A stretch of DNA of 64,000 nt from Ignavibacteria bacterium (lineage in GTDB: Bacteria > Bacteroidota > Ignavibacteria > Kapaibacteriales > UBA2268), in assembly GCA_037445895.1 (NCBI GenBank), contig JBBIJO010000002.1:44967-108966 (forward strand), given 5' to 3'. The stretch's first letter is position 1, and each line of letters starts with the position of its first letter. Below, piece after piece: positions 1-8,957 of this stretch. The translations under genes were made by a program, and so were the position numbers. The notes beneath the pieces are model-generated. The model worked only from the letters and a program-made list of their open reading frames with translations. It was not told the DNA's origin and ran no database searches.

Positions 1-1103
1 TATGGGGAGCTTCTATGAACTCCGACGGTCGGTTTTTCTTAGACGTAAATGCTAATAATTTGTGGAGTGGATTGGGGGTAAATGCTTATTGGACTTTTGC
101 AGACGGCATTTACAAAACCAAAGCATCAAAGCTAAATGTTCAGGCAAGTTACTATGAATCACAAGCCGAAAAAAACCAAGCACTGTTAGCAATCATCAAG
201 ACATATTATGATTTGCTGACTGCTCAAATGAAATTAGTCGCTTACAAAAATTTAGTAGCACAATCTGACACCATTACACAACAAATCGCCATTCAGGTTG
301 AAGCAGGCTTACTTTACCAATCTGAATTGCTTTTGGCAAGGAGCAATCAAAATCATTTAAAGATTGAAATGCTAAATGCTCAATCGGAATACAATCAAAA
401 ATCAGCCGAATTGGTGCGGTTGCTCAATCTTGATAGTAAATTAAAATTGGTAATCGTTGACACTGTTCTAATTCCGTTGGATTTTCAAGAAGAATTATTG
501 ATGATAAACGACAGCGTTTATCAAAACCGACCTGAAATAAAATCCATTGATTTTACCATTCAATCCTTGCGTATGGAGAGAAAAACCACCACAACGGGTT
601 TGTTTCTTCCTCAGTTGAGTATCGGAACTTACGGTTCATATTTTGGCGGACTGACAGGACAGGTTACGCCAATGTTTCCAAACTTATATCCTGAAACTAA
701 CCAACTTTATCCGACAGGTATATTAAACATTTCATTAACCTGGAATATTCCGCTTGGACAATTGGTTTATAGCGGAGAGTTGCAACGGTATAATAGTCAA
801 ATAAAAATACAAGAAGTAAAAGCAGAGCAATTCAAAGCACAAATCAATGAGGAAATCGTTACTGCACAACAGCAATTACTAATCGGAAAAGAACAAATTG
901 AAATTGCCAAAGAAGCATTGGAGCTGGCATCCGAAGCATTGAACCAAAGTATTGAACGACAGAAATTAGGAATAGTAAAGCCTTTTGAAGTTTTTCAGGC
1001 ACAACAGTTTTTCTTACAAGCACAGATTGACTATCTAAAAACAGTCGGCGAATACAATAAAGCACAGTTTGCTTTGAAAGTGGCAAAAGGGGAAATATTA
1101 TAG
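1..1103 (+). CDS. TolC-like outer-membrane efflux protein (OEP family), 5' end lies outside window
   Basis: Open frame runs to window start. The Q/A/L/E-rich heptad coiled-coil repeats alternating with beta-barrel segments, and the tandem two-repeat organisation, are typical of outer membrane efflux proteins. Confidence 0.55.
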   Translation, partial: WGASMNSDGRFFLDVNANNLWSGLGVNAYWTFADGIYKTKASKLNVQASYYESQAEKNQALLAIIKTYYDLLTAQMKLVAYKNLVAQSDTITQQIAIQVEAGLLYQSELLLARSNQNHLKIEMLNAQSEYNQKSAELVRLLNLDSKLKLVIVDTVLIPLDFQEELLMINDSVYQNRPEIKSIDFTIQSLRMERKTTTTGLFLPQLSIGTYGSYFGGLTGQVTPMFPNLYPETNQLYPTGILNISLTWNIPLGQLVYSGELQRYNSQIKIQEVKAEQFKAQINEEIVTAQQQLLIGKEQIEIAKEALELASEALNQSIERQKLGIVKPFEVFQAQQFFLQAQIDYLKTVGEYNKAQFALKVAKGEIL

Positions 1104-1185
1104 CTCTCTAAAAAGTATTAGTATCACTTGTCAAAGTTTCGTATTTAAATATTTGCTTAAATATGAAATTAACTATCTTTGCCAT

Positions 1186-1559
1186 ATGGGCGTCAATTCT
1201 TGCATACGACAACAAGCGGACATTACACAAACAAACCGTTGCAAAGACCGTGCTTCAGAGTTCAACGGCTTGTTTGACTATTTATCGAACGGGCTTGAAT
1301 TAGCGGAAAATAAGGTAAGACTGAAAATTCTCTTCCTACTTTATGGGGAAAAACGTTTTTGTGTTTCCGATATCAACAAATTCTCGGTATAGCAATTTCG
1401 GCAGTTTCTCAACATTTACGAAAATTCAAAGACCGAAAACTCATTGGAACCGAACGAGAAGCGCAAACCATTTTTTACTCATTGACAAAAGAGTATGAAA
1501 AAATGCTGAAACCGTTTTTTAAAATACTTGACGAAAACAAAATTTTGAGAACAATATGA
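1186..1559 (+). pseudogene. ArsR/SmtB-family HTH transcriptional regulator interrupted by a -1 frameshift (or sequencing error)
   Basis: Frame 1 reads ...RLKILFLLYGEKRFCVSDINKFS then stops. Frame 0 continues (G)IAISAVSQHLRKFKDRKLIG..., the ArsR recognition helix. Restoring one G in the GG run at 1386-1387 gives a continuous CVSDINKFSGIAISAVSQHL motif. Confidence 0.6.
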
Positions 1560-1598
1560 AATTAGAAAAACAAATTTTTAAGATCCTTAGCAACAAAT

Positions 1599-1799
1599 TT
1601 GAACAATGGGATGAAATTAATTCATATTTATGTAAAGATAATAAAAGCCAGATCTAAATATAAATTTTATGGTAAAAATTGTGGATGGGCATTAGGGTAT
1701 TCCAAAAGTGGTAAAAGTGTTATTTCTTTATATCCTTTATTAGGCGACTTTGCAATTCAAATGATTTTCAAAAAGCAACACGAAATTCAGTTGCGGTAG
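1599..1799 (+). CDS. short hypothetical ORF, possibly a remnant of a DUF1801/YdhG-like gene
   Basis: 66-aa ORF with weak resemblance to the N-terminal part of DUF1801-type proteins. No clear start context. Confidence 0.2.
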   Translation: MNNGMKLIHIYVKIIKARSKYKFYGKNCGWALGYSKSGKSVISLYPLLGDFAIQMIFKKQHEIQLR

Positions 1800-1964
1800 T
1801 TAAGAATTTGATTAAAATACGATTAAAATAAAATACACCATCCTTCGCTTAAATCCTTTTTCTAAATCTAAAAAAACATTTTACGAAACATTCCTATTTT
1901 AATAAATTTATTTTATTAAATTAATATTTTACTAACTAATATATTACTAAAAAGGAGGACAATT

Positions 1965-2354
1965 ATGGAACGAAAAACAAATATGGTAAACTGGTTCGAA
2001 ATCTATGTAGAAGATTTGGAAAGAGCCAAAAAGTTCTACGAAACTGTTTTCGAAATCCAGTTGCAACCCGTTCCTATGCCCGAAGATTGGAAAGACTTCC
2101 AAATGATTGCTTTTCCATGGGTAGAAAATGCCCCTAATGCTTCGGGTGCCCTTGTGAAAGCAGTCGGCGTAGAACCAGGCACTGGCGGAACTTTCGTCTA
2201 TTTCACTTGCGAAGATTGTGGAATCGAAGAAAGCAAAGTAGAACTCGCAGGGGGGAAAGTACTTCAACCTAAGTTTCCCATTGGCGAACACGGATTTTGT
2301 TCCATCTGTATGGATACCGAAGGTAATACCTTTGGTTTACATTCAATGAAATAA
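1965..2354 (+). CDS. VOC-family protein (glyoxalase/bleomycin-resistance/dioxygenase fold)
   Basis: 129 aa. Strong AAAGGAGG Shine-Dalgarno 6 nt upstream at 1952-1959. Sequence pattern is typical of small VOC/glyoxalase-like proteins. Confidence 0.65.
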   Translation: MERKTNMVNWFEIYVEDLERAKKFYETVFEIQLQPVPMPEDWKDFQMIAFPWVENAPNASGALVKAVGVEPGTGGTFVYFTCEDCGIEESKVELAGGKVLQPKFPIGEHGFCSICMDTEGNTFGLHSMK

Positions 2355-2417
2355 ATGATTGAACTTAGCAGAGGCTTCCCACACACAATAGTGAAATAAA
2401 AACATTTTGGAATCAAT

Positions 2418-2968
2418 ATGCTGAAAATTCAGTATCTCGTATTATTACGGGGTATTAACGTCGGAGGGAACAACATTATTAAAATGATGGATTTGAAAAG
2501 ATGCTTCGAAGACTTAGGTTTCGGCAATGTTGCAACATATATTCAAAGCGGTAACGTCTTGTTCTACTCAGACGAAGAAGACAAAACCAAACTAATAAAC
2601 TTTATTGAGCAAGCTTTATCCAAAAGATTTTCTTACGATTCGCGTATAGTAATTATAACAGATCAGCAACTGGGTAAAATTGTGGAAGAAGCACCATCGG
2701 AATTCGGAAAGGAATCAAACAAATACCGATTCTCTTCTTAAAAGAGCCTCTAACTCCACACGAAGCGATGAAACACGTAAATCCAAAAATAGGTGTCGAT
2801 AATGTTTATATAGGCGAGAATGTTATTTATTTTTCACGGCTTACAAGCAAAGCTTCGCAAAGTAACCTACCGAAAATTGTGGCTCATCCTATCTATAAGA
2901 ACATAACCATACGCAATTGGAATACAACAACTAAGTTGCTCAACTTAATGAATAACAGAAACAAGTAA
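2418..2968 (+). pseudogene. DUF1697-family protein interrupted by a -1 frameshift (or sequencing error)
   Basis: The N-terminal ORF (MLKIQYLVLLRGINVGGNN...) is the canonical DUF1697 start and stops at 2741. Frame +2 continues ...ILFLKEPLTPHEAMKHVNPKIG...TIRNWNTTTKL, the DUF1697 C-terminal part. The shift lies at the TT run near 2730-2731. Confidence 0.6.
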
Positions 2969-3264
2969 TCCAACTAATAAACCAATAGCAAAGAATGCCT
3001 CAAAAAACGCATAAAGCATATATTCCCGCTTTATCCTTGAATAAACTCGTAATTTTAAGCGAAGTAGCTTAGTAGTAGAATTGTTTCAAAACCACACTTA
3101 GCAAAACGCGCTGATTACGGTTTGTTAAAATTTCTACCTTATCTAGCAAGACAGCAATAGAAACATATACCTAAGTTTAATGTGTAATGCCATAACTTTC
3201 CATCTTTGCCATAACGTAAAAATCTGGTAAATTGCACTTTTTCTTTTTCATTTTTGGTAAAATT

Positions 3265-4605
3265 ATGAGTTATGTACCCAATACTGAATTCGACCAGGAA
3301 GAAATGCTTCGAACAATTGGCGTCGGAAAATTCGAAGAATTAATTGATGCGATTCCCAACTCAATACGTCAAATCGAAAAGTTTGAACTTTTTCCAGCAC
3401 TTTCTGAATATGAAGTAGTTACTCTTTTGCAAAAATATTCACAGAAAAACTTTAGTTCAAGCGACTACGTAAGTTTTATGGGTGGTAGTGTCTACGATCA
3501 TTATATCCCATCGCTTGTGAATTTTGTTCTCGACCGTCCTGAATTTAAGACTGCTTATACTCCATACCAGGCAGAGGTTTCGCAAGGAACATTACAAGCA
3601 ATGTATGAGTTTCAGTCGATGATTTGTGAACTAACGGGGATGGATGTTGCAAATGCCTCTATGCTTGATGGTGCTTCTGCTCTTGCCGAAGCAATATTAA
3701 TGTCGTCCACACATAACCGACGAACCGAATTTGTTTTTGCCGGGGTCGTGAATCCTAATTACCTCAAAGTTGCTTCGACCTTAACAGTTGGTAAAGGGGT
3801 GGAATTTAAACATTCAACCTTGCAGGATGGTTCTTGCGATTTAGATTTGTTAAAGGACATCGTTACCGAAAGCACCTCGGCAATCATAGTCCAACAACCG
3901 AACGCTTATGGCTTTTTAGAGGAAGTTGAAGAAATTGAACAAATAGCTCACAACAAAGGTGCTTTGCTTATTATGGTTGTCGACCCGATTTCTCTCGGAA
4001 TATTAAAACCACCTGGCGATTACAACGCAGACATTGTTGTTGGGGAAGGTCAACCTTTGGGGATACCTTTGAGCTTTGGTGGTCCTTTCCTTGGAATCTT
4101 TGCAACTAAGCAGGAACTTATCAGGAAAATTCCGGGAAGGCTTTCGGGAATGTCCTTAGACGCAGACGGGAAACGTGCTTTTGTTCTAACACTCCAAACT
4201 CGTGAACAACAAATCAAGCGAGAGCGCGCAACATCGAACATTTGCACAAATCAAGGACTAATGATGCTGGCTGCAACCGTATATTTGGCTTTGATGGGAA
4301 AGAAAGGTATTCAAGAAGTTGCAGAAATTTGTTATAAAAAGGCTCATTATTTAGCAGAAAGGATTGCCGAATTACCGGGATACCGTTTGCTAAGCAATCG
4401 CCCGTTTTTTCGCGAGTTTTTAGTGCACACACCTGTTCCAGCAAAGGAACTCGTCGAGGAAGGGAAAAAACACAAGATTTTTCCAGGAATCGATGCGTCG
4501 GTATTCCGCAAAGATTTCAATGCCTTGCTCGTTGCGGTTACCGAGAAGCGAACATTCGAGGAAATGGAAGCACTTTTGAATGTGCTGTCGCAATTTTCAA
4601 AATAA
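3265..4605 (+). CDS. gcvPA: glycine dehydrogenase (decarboxylating) subunit 1, glycine cleavage P-protein alpha
   Basis: MSYVPNTEFDQEEMLRTIGV... N-terminus, PLP-fold motifs and ~445 aa length are characteristic of GcvPA. Start is placed at the internal Met of the listed ORF. Confidence 0.85.
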   Translation: MSYVPNTEFDQEEMLRTIGVGKFEELIDAIPNSIRQIEKFELFPALSEYEVVTLLQKYSQKNFSSSDYVSFMGGSVYDHYIPSLVNFVLDRPEFKTAYTPYQAEVSQGTLQAMYEFQSMICELTGMDVANASMLDGASALAEAILMSSTHNRRTEFVFAGVVNPNYLKVASTLTVGKGVEFKHSTLQDGSCDLDLLKDIVTESTSAIIVQQPNAYGFLEEVEEIEQIAHNKGALLIMVVDPISLGILKPPGDYNADIVVGEGQPLGIPLSFGGPFLGIFATKQELIRKIPGRLSGMSLDADGKRAFVLTLQTREQQIKRERATSNICTNQGLMMLAATVYLALMGKKGIQEVAEICYKKAHYLAERIAELPGYRLLSNRPFFREFLVHTPVPAKELVEEGKKHKIFPGIDASVFRKDFNALLVAVTEKRTFEEMEALLNVLSQFSK

Positions 4606-4610
4606 AAATT

Positions 4611-4919
4611 ATGTATAAATTTTTTCAAACAATTAGGCAAAAATTCCGTCTAATCTTTTTATTTTTTTTTACGTTAATTTTTGTATATATATTGTTTTTT
4701 TCTAAATTTGGATTAGTTGAAAAATGGAAATTAAAAAATCAAAAAAGGGAATTGCTCAACCAGATTAATAGCCAAATTAGATTACGGGATTCTTTGCTAA
4801 AAAGAATTGAATTGCTGAATAAAGATACATTTGAAATTGAGAAAATTGCAAGAAAATATTATGGATTAGTGAAAGAAGGTGAAAAAATCTATGTTGTCGG
4901 AGAGAAAAAAAATTATTGA
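4611..4919 (+). CDS. septum formation initiator (FtsB/DivIC-like) protein
   Basis: Single N-terminal TM helix followed by a coiled coil and a C-terminal IEKIARKYYGLVKEGEKIYVV motif typical of FtsB/DivIC. Contains a T9 homopolymer at 4662-4670. Confidence 0.55.
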   Translation: MYKFFQTIRQKFRLIFLFFFTLIFVYILFFSKFGLVEKWKLKNQKRELLNQINSQIRLRDSLLKRIELLNKDTFEIEKIARKYYGLVKEGEKIYVVGEKKNY

Positions 4920-5892
4920 AAGGAAAGAAGATATTTTTACCGATGATTTGTATTTAGGAATTGATATTGGCGGTGCAAACTTAAAGTATGGGGTTATTGA
5001 TCCTACTGGTAAGGTAGTCTATAGCTACTCACAATCGACAAATGCAAGCAAGGGTTTAGAATATATGCTTGCTAGCCTAAAACGTTTAATTATGAATTTG
5101 CAGAACCGATTCCCAAGAATTAAATCAATTGGTGTCGGTGTCCCCGGCTTAGTTTTAGAAGACGGAACAGTTCGTTATGCTCCGAATCTACCCGAATGGG
5201 AGGATGTTCCTTTGGGTAAATTTCTAACCAATGTCTTTTCACTTCCTGTAGTAATAGATAACGATGCCAATACCGCTGCTTATGCCGAAATGGCGTTGGG
5301 CGCTGGCAAAGATGTTAATAGCTTTATATACATCACTTTAGGAACTGGTGTTGGTGGTTCAATTATTATAAATCGAAGCATTTATCGCGGGATGCATAAT
5401 TGCGCCGGCGAATTTGGACATATAATTTATAATCCATTTGAACCTTTGGATAAAAAGCGACCTTTTCGGACAGGCGTTATAGAAGAATATATCGGAAAAA
5501 ACCAGATTACCAGTTTCGCAAAAAAGTATATTAAAGACAAACCCGATACCATCCTTCACAATTACGAAAAAACGGATCCATACTTTATTTCCGATGCAGT
5601 TAACAAAGGCGACGAGGTTGCTATTGAAATTCTAAAATACGTTGGCTATGTGTTAGGCTTGGGTCTGGCAAGTGCTATGAACCTTTTGGACATAAATTAT
5701 GCCGTTATAGGGGGTGGTGTCTCCCTTGCTCCTGACCATTTCATTGTAACTGCAAAGGAGACAATTAAGGAACGAGCATTGCCACATATTGCTTCAACTG
5801 TGGAAATTGTTCGGGCAATCTATACAAAAGATTCAGGCTTTATTGGTGCCGGGCTTCTCGCAAGAGATTACATTAAAAAGGAAAGTGAATAA
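4879..5892 (+). CDS. ROK-family sugar kinase (glucokinase-like)
   Basis: LGIDIGGANLKYGVID ATP-binding N-terminus, GVGVPGLV, GEFGH motif, and zinc-site His/Cys spacing of the ROK family. Confidence 0.75.
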   Translation: MKKSMLSERKKIIERKEDIFTDDLYLGIDIGGANLKYGVIDPTGKVVYSYSQSTNASKGLEYMLASLKRLIMNLQNRFPRIKSIGVGVPGLVLEDGTVRYAPNLPEWEDVPLGKFLTNVFSLPVVIDNDANTAAYAEMALGAGKDVNSFIYITLGTGVGGSIIINRSIYRGMHNCAGEFGHIIYNPFEPLDKKRPFRTGVIEEYIGKNQITSFAKKYIKDKPDTILHNYEKTDPYFISDAVNKGDEVAIEILKYVGYVLGLGLASAMNLLDINYAVIGGGVSLAPDHFIVTAKETIKERALPHIASTVEIVRAIYTKDSGFIGAGLLARDYIKKESE

Positions 5893-6269
5893 TGAAACAA
5901 ATTGTTCAAACTGAAACTGCTCCGCAACCAATTGGTCCATACTCACAAGCTGTTGTTGCCGAAGGAAAGTTCGTTTTTATCTCGGGGCAAATCCCATTAA
6001 GACCCGATGGCACCCTCGCTGGTGAAGATATTATATCGCAAACACGCCAGGCAATTCTCAATATCAAAGCAATTGCCGAATCGCTCGGAATAACATTAGA
6101 AAACGTAGTTAAAACTACCGTTCTTCTTAGCGATATGAGTAACTTCCCTGCAATGAATGATGTTTACAATGAATTTTTCGGGAAAAGTAAACCAGCACGC
6201 TCAACTTATCAAGTTGCTCGATTGCCAAAAGATGCCCTAATCGAAATTGAAGCAATAGTAGTGTTGTAA
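5892..6269 (+). CDS. ridA: RidA-family reactive enamine/imine deaminase
   Basis: 125 aa YjgF/RidA fold with the conserved GPYSQAV...ARSTYQV...IEIEAIAV signature. Confidence 0.85.
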   Translation: MKQIVQTETAPQPIGPYSQAVVAEGKFVFISGQIPLRPDGTLAGEDIISQTRQAILNIKAIAESLGITLENVVKTTVLLSDMSNFPAMNDVYNEFFGKSKPARSTYQVARLPKDALIEIEAIVVL

Positions 6270-6271
6270 AT

Positions 6272-6829
6272 GTGATACGTTTAGCCACAACGTTGCTTTT
6301 TATTTTTTCTCTTATTCTATGTAATTCATTACAGGGACAAATAAACAACGATTCCACCCAAGTTGTAGCCACCGAAATCCCTAAAAACCTCACAGATACA
6401 TCCAAATATTCTGAATTAGCACAAAAATCTCCATTAGGAGCCATACTTCGTTCGCTTGCAATCCCTGGATGGGGACAAATCTATGTCCAGCAATATTGGA
6501 AAGCTCCAATATTTTTCGCCGGAGCAGTTGTTATGTATTACTACGTTTTTAAACACAACAAAGATTACCTCGATTATTCACAACAATATGATAGATTAAA
6601 GGAAATTAATCCCAATAGTATCGAATTGTATTATCTGAAAATAAGGAAAGAGAATTCAAGAGACAACCGAGACATAAGTATTTTCTTTCTTTGTGGGGTT
6701 TATGCACTTTCAATATTAGATGCCTATGTCGATGCCAACTTGTTCAATTTTAATGTCAACGAAAGTTTATCCGTTAGAGTCACAAATCACAATTGGGGAA
6801 TTGCTTTCACCTTTCAAATAAGAAGATAA
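6272..6829 (+). CDS. DUF5683-like secreted/membrane protein
   Basis: Signal peptide, then LAIPGWGQIY...WKAPIFFAGAVVMYYYVF core typical of the Bacteroidota-wide DUF5683 domain. Confidence 0.45.
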   Translation: MIRLATTLLFIFSLILCNSLQGQINNDSTQVVATEIPKNLTDTSKYSELAQKSPLGAILRSLAIPGWGQIYVQQYWKAPIFFAGAVVMYYYVFKHNKDYLDYSQQYDRLKEINPNSIELYYLKIRKENSRDNRDISIFFLCGVYALSILDAYVDANLFNFNVNESLSVRVTNHNWGIAFTFQIRR

Positions 6830-6830
6830 A

Positions 6831-6858
6831 ATTGCAATTTCTTTTTTAAATTGCATTT
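6831..6858 (+). terminator. weak AT-rich hairpin followed by T-run downstream of 6272..6829
   Basis: TGCAATTT / AAATTGCA 8-bp stem with a CTTTTTT loop followed by TTTTT. Few GC pairs, so low confidence. Confidence 0.3.
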
Positions 6859-6872
6859 TTAAATTTTTCTCG

Positions 6873-7415
6873 ATGGAAATGAAGTCTATATTTGATACTG
6901 TTGAAAGTATTGCAAAGGCAATTTGTCCAGGATACAAATTGGTTGTGTTCCGAAACCAATACACTTTGATTGTATCCCCGAACAAGATTATAGACCTAAT
7001 GATTGAGCTTCGGGACAATCCAGAAACACAATTCGATATGCTGATTGATGTTACTGCTATTGATTGGTATAATACAAAAAGACACCGCTTCGAGGTAGTC
7101 TATTTCTTATATTCATTAAAAAATAAAGCTCGGTTGCGAGTCAATGTCCCTCTACTTGATAATGAAAATCCTACTTGCCCCACATTAGTAGAGGTTTGGG
7201 AAAGTGCAAATTGGTATGAGCGCGAAACTTATGATATGTATGGAATTAAATTCGAAGGTCATCCCGATTTGCGAAGGTTTTATATGCCGGAAGATTTTGT
7301 CGACCCCGAAACTGGCGAGCCATTCTACCCATTGCGAAAAGACTTCCCTTTAATGGGGGTTCCCGGAACGCTTCCGCTTCCTCCCTATCCCGAACGCGAT
7401 GGGGAACCTTCTTAA
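6873..7415 (+). CDS. nuoC: NADH-quinone oxidoreductase subunit C-like (30-kDa subunit) protein, stand-alone
   Basis: ERETYDMYGIKFEGHPDLRR...PLRKDFP motif block of NuoC/NqoC. No other nuo genes nearby. Confidence 0.7.
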   Translation: MEMKSIFDTVESIAKAICPGYKLVVFRNQYTLIVSPNKIIDLMIELRDNPETQFDMLIDVTAIDWYNTKRHRFEVVYFLYSLKNKARLRVNVPLLDNENPTCPTLVEVWESANWYERETYDMYGIKFEGHPDLRRFYMPEDFVDPETGEPFYPLRKDFPLMGVPGTLPLPPYPERDGEPS

Positions 7416-7420
7416 TCGAT

Positions 7421-7756
7421 TTACATTGTGGCTAAAGCCGATTCAACCGATTCACTAAACTCGAACACTCTATCGAGCTTAAGGATTTCGAAGAGATGCA
7501 TTATCGAAGGAATCGCTCCAACAATATATGTTGGAATATTGTGCTGTGCAAGTTGTCGGCTTGCTATCAAGAAAGCACCAAACCCCGAACTATCTATTGA
7601 TTTAACTTGTGAAATGTCAATCAACATCGCCTTTATATCTGGTTGTGCTTCGATAAGCAGTTTTGCTTTAAGGTCTGGACTATTTTCCGAATTAATCTTA
7701 TCCGTATGGATGTAAATAATTGTAAAATTTTCTTTGTGTTCAATAGTTAAATTCAT
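7421..7756 (-). CDS. STAS-domain anti-sigma-factor antagonist (SpoIIAA-like)
   Basis: 111 aa with ...DISQVKSIDSSGFGAFL... The conserved phosphorylatable Ser, DSSG and STAS fold are present. Confidence 0.7.
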   Translation of the reverse strand: MNLTIEHKENFTIIYIHTDKINSENSPDLKAKLLIEAQPDIKAMLIDISQVKSIDSSGFGAFLIASRQLAQHNIPTYIVGAIPSIMHLFEILKLDRVFEFSESVESALATM

Positions 7757-7822
7757 AGATTACAACTTTATTTAATAATAAAAACAAAATTAGCAAAATT
7801 TGATATTTAAAAGTAATCCGAT

Positions 7823-8848
7823 ATGAAAATTTTAGTGATTAGAATTTCCTCGCTCGGTGATGTAATCTTGACTACTTTCACTTTAAGATTGATATGGCAA
7901 AAATTCCCAAACGCCCATATTGGTTTTCTGGTTTCGACAGAATATGCACCAGCTCTACATTTTAACCCTTACATTCAAAACATAATAGAATACGACAAGA
8001 ACCTGCCTTTTTCCAAACATATTCGCAATACCCTTTCAATTTATAGTCAATCGCATTACGACGTAATTTTAGATTTGCAAAACAATTTAAGGAGTCGGAT
8101 TTATACCATAGGAAAAGCGAAAAAAATTCATCGCTTCGATAAACGTAGATTATATAAACTTTCATTAGTTTATTTAAATAAAAGACAACCCTATTTCGAA
8201 TATATCCCAATTCTCTATAAAAATTCTTTCCCAGAGTTAATAAACTTCGATGATGGTTTAGGATTGGAGCTTTGGACAACAAATGATAAGAATGGTGTCT
8301 ATAAACCTTTTTATCGACAACCAAAACTTCGAAATGTCGCAAGAGTCGCAATTGCTCCCGGAGCAAAACATTTCACAAAACGACTCCCACAAAAACTTGT
8401 AATTCAAACAATAGAACAATTTCTTGAAAAATTTAACACCGAAATCTTTTTAATTGGAGGGAAATCCGATGCATCCTATTGTTCGGAAATGGTTATTGAT
8501 TCTACACGTGTTTTTAATATATGTGGCGAATTTGACGTAACGGGAACAGCCGCTTTCCTGGATGAATGCGATGTTGTAGTTTCGGCAGACTCTGCTGTGG
8601 TTCATATTGCCTCGGCTCGGCAAATACCTATTGTTGTCGTTTACGGTTCGACCGTTCCGGAGTTCGGCTTTGCTCCCTTTCGTGTTCCACACGAAATAGT
8701 AGAGATGAATGATGTGAGTTGCCGACCGTGCAGCCATATTGGACGAAGCAAATGCCCATTGCAACACTTCAATTGTATGGAAAAAATAACTTCGCAAAAA
8801 ATTCTCGAAGCAGTAAACAATTTAATAACGAAGCCCAAGTCGGCTTAG
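7823..8848 (+). CDS. glycosyltransferase family 9 (LPS heptosyltransferase-like)
   Basis: MKILVIRISSLGDVILTTF N-terminus and C-terminal GGKSD...AVVHIA motifs of GT9 heptosyltransferases. Confidence 0.75.
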   Translation: MKILVIRISSLGDVILTTFTLRLIWQKFPNAHIGFLVSTEYAPALHFNPYIQNIIEYDKNLPFSKHIRNTLSIYSQSHYDVILDLQNNLRSRIYTIGKAKKIHRFDKRRLYKLSLVYLNKRQPYFEYIPILYKNSFPELINFDDGLGLELWTTNDKNGVYKPFYRQPKLRNVARVAIAPGAKHFTKRLPQKLVIQTIEQFLEKFNTEIFLIGGKSDASYCSEMVIDSTRVFNICGEFDVTGTAAFLDECDVVVSADSAVVHIASARQIPIVVVYGSTVPEFGFAPFRVPHEIVEMNDVSCRPCSHIGRSKCPLQHFNCMEKITSQKILEAVNNLITKPKSA

Positions 8849-8957
8849 GTTTTACAATTCTGTGGAAGTTACCCATTTGAAATAAGAAACCTTCATCCTT
8901 GTTTAATAGGCGCTGTCGGTTTATAATCCAAATATTCAATTTCTTTCGATTTTTATT

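Noticed and set aside
2969-3264. Possible glycine riboswitch upstream of gcvPA
   Set aside because: No recognisable tandem aptamer core (conserved GGAGAG...CACCG...GGGCAA-type blocks) found by eye in the leader.
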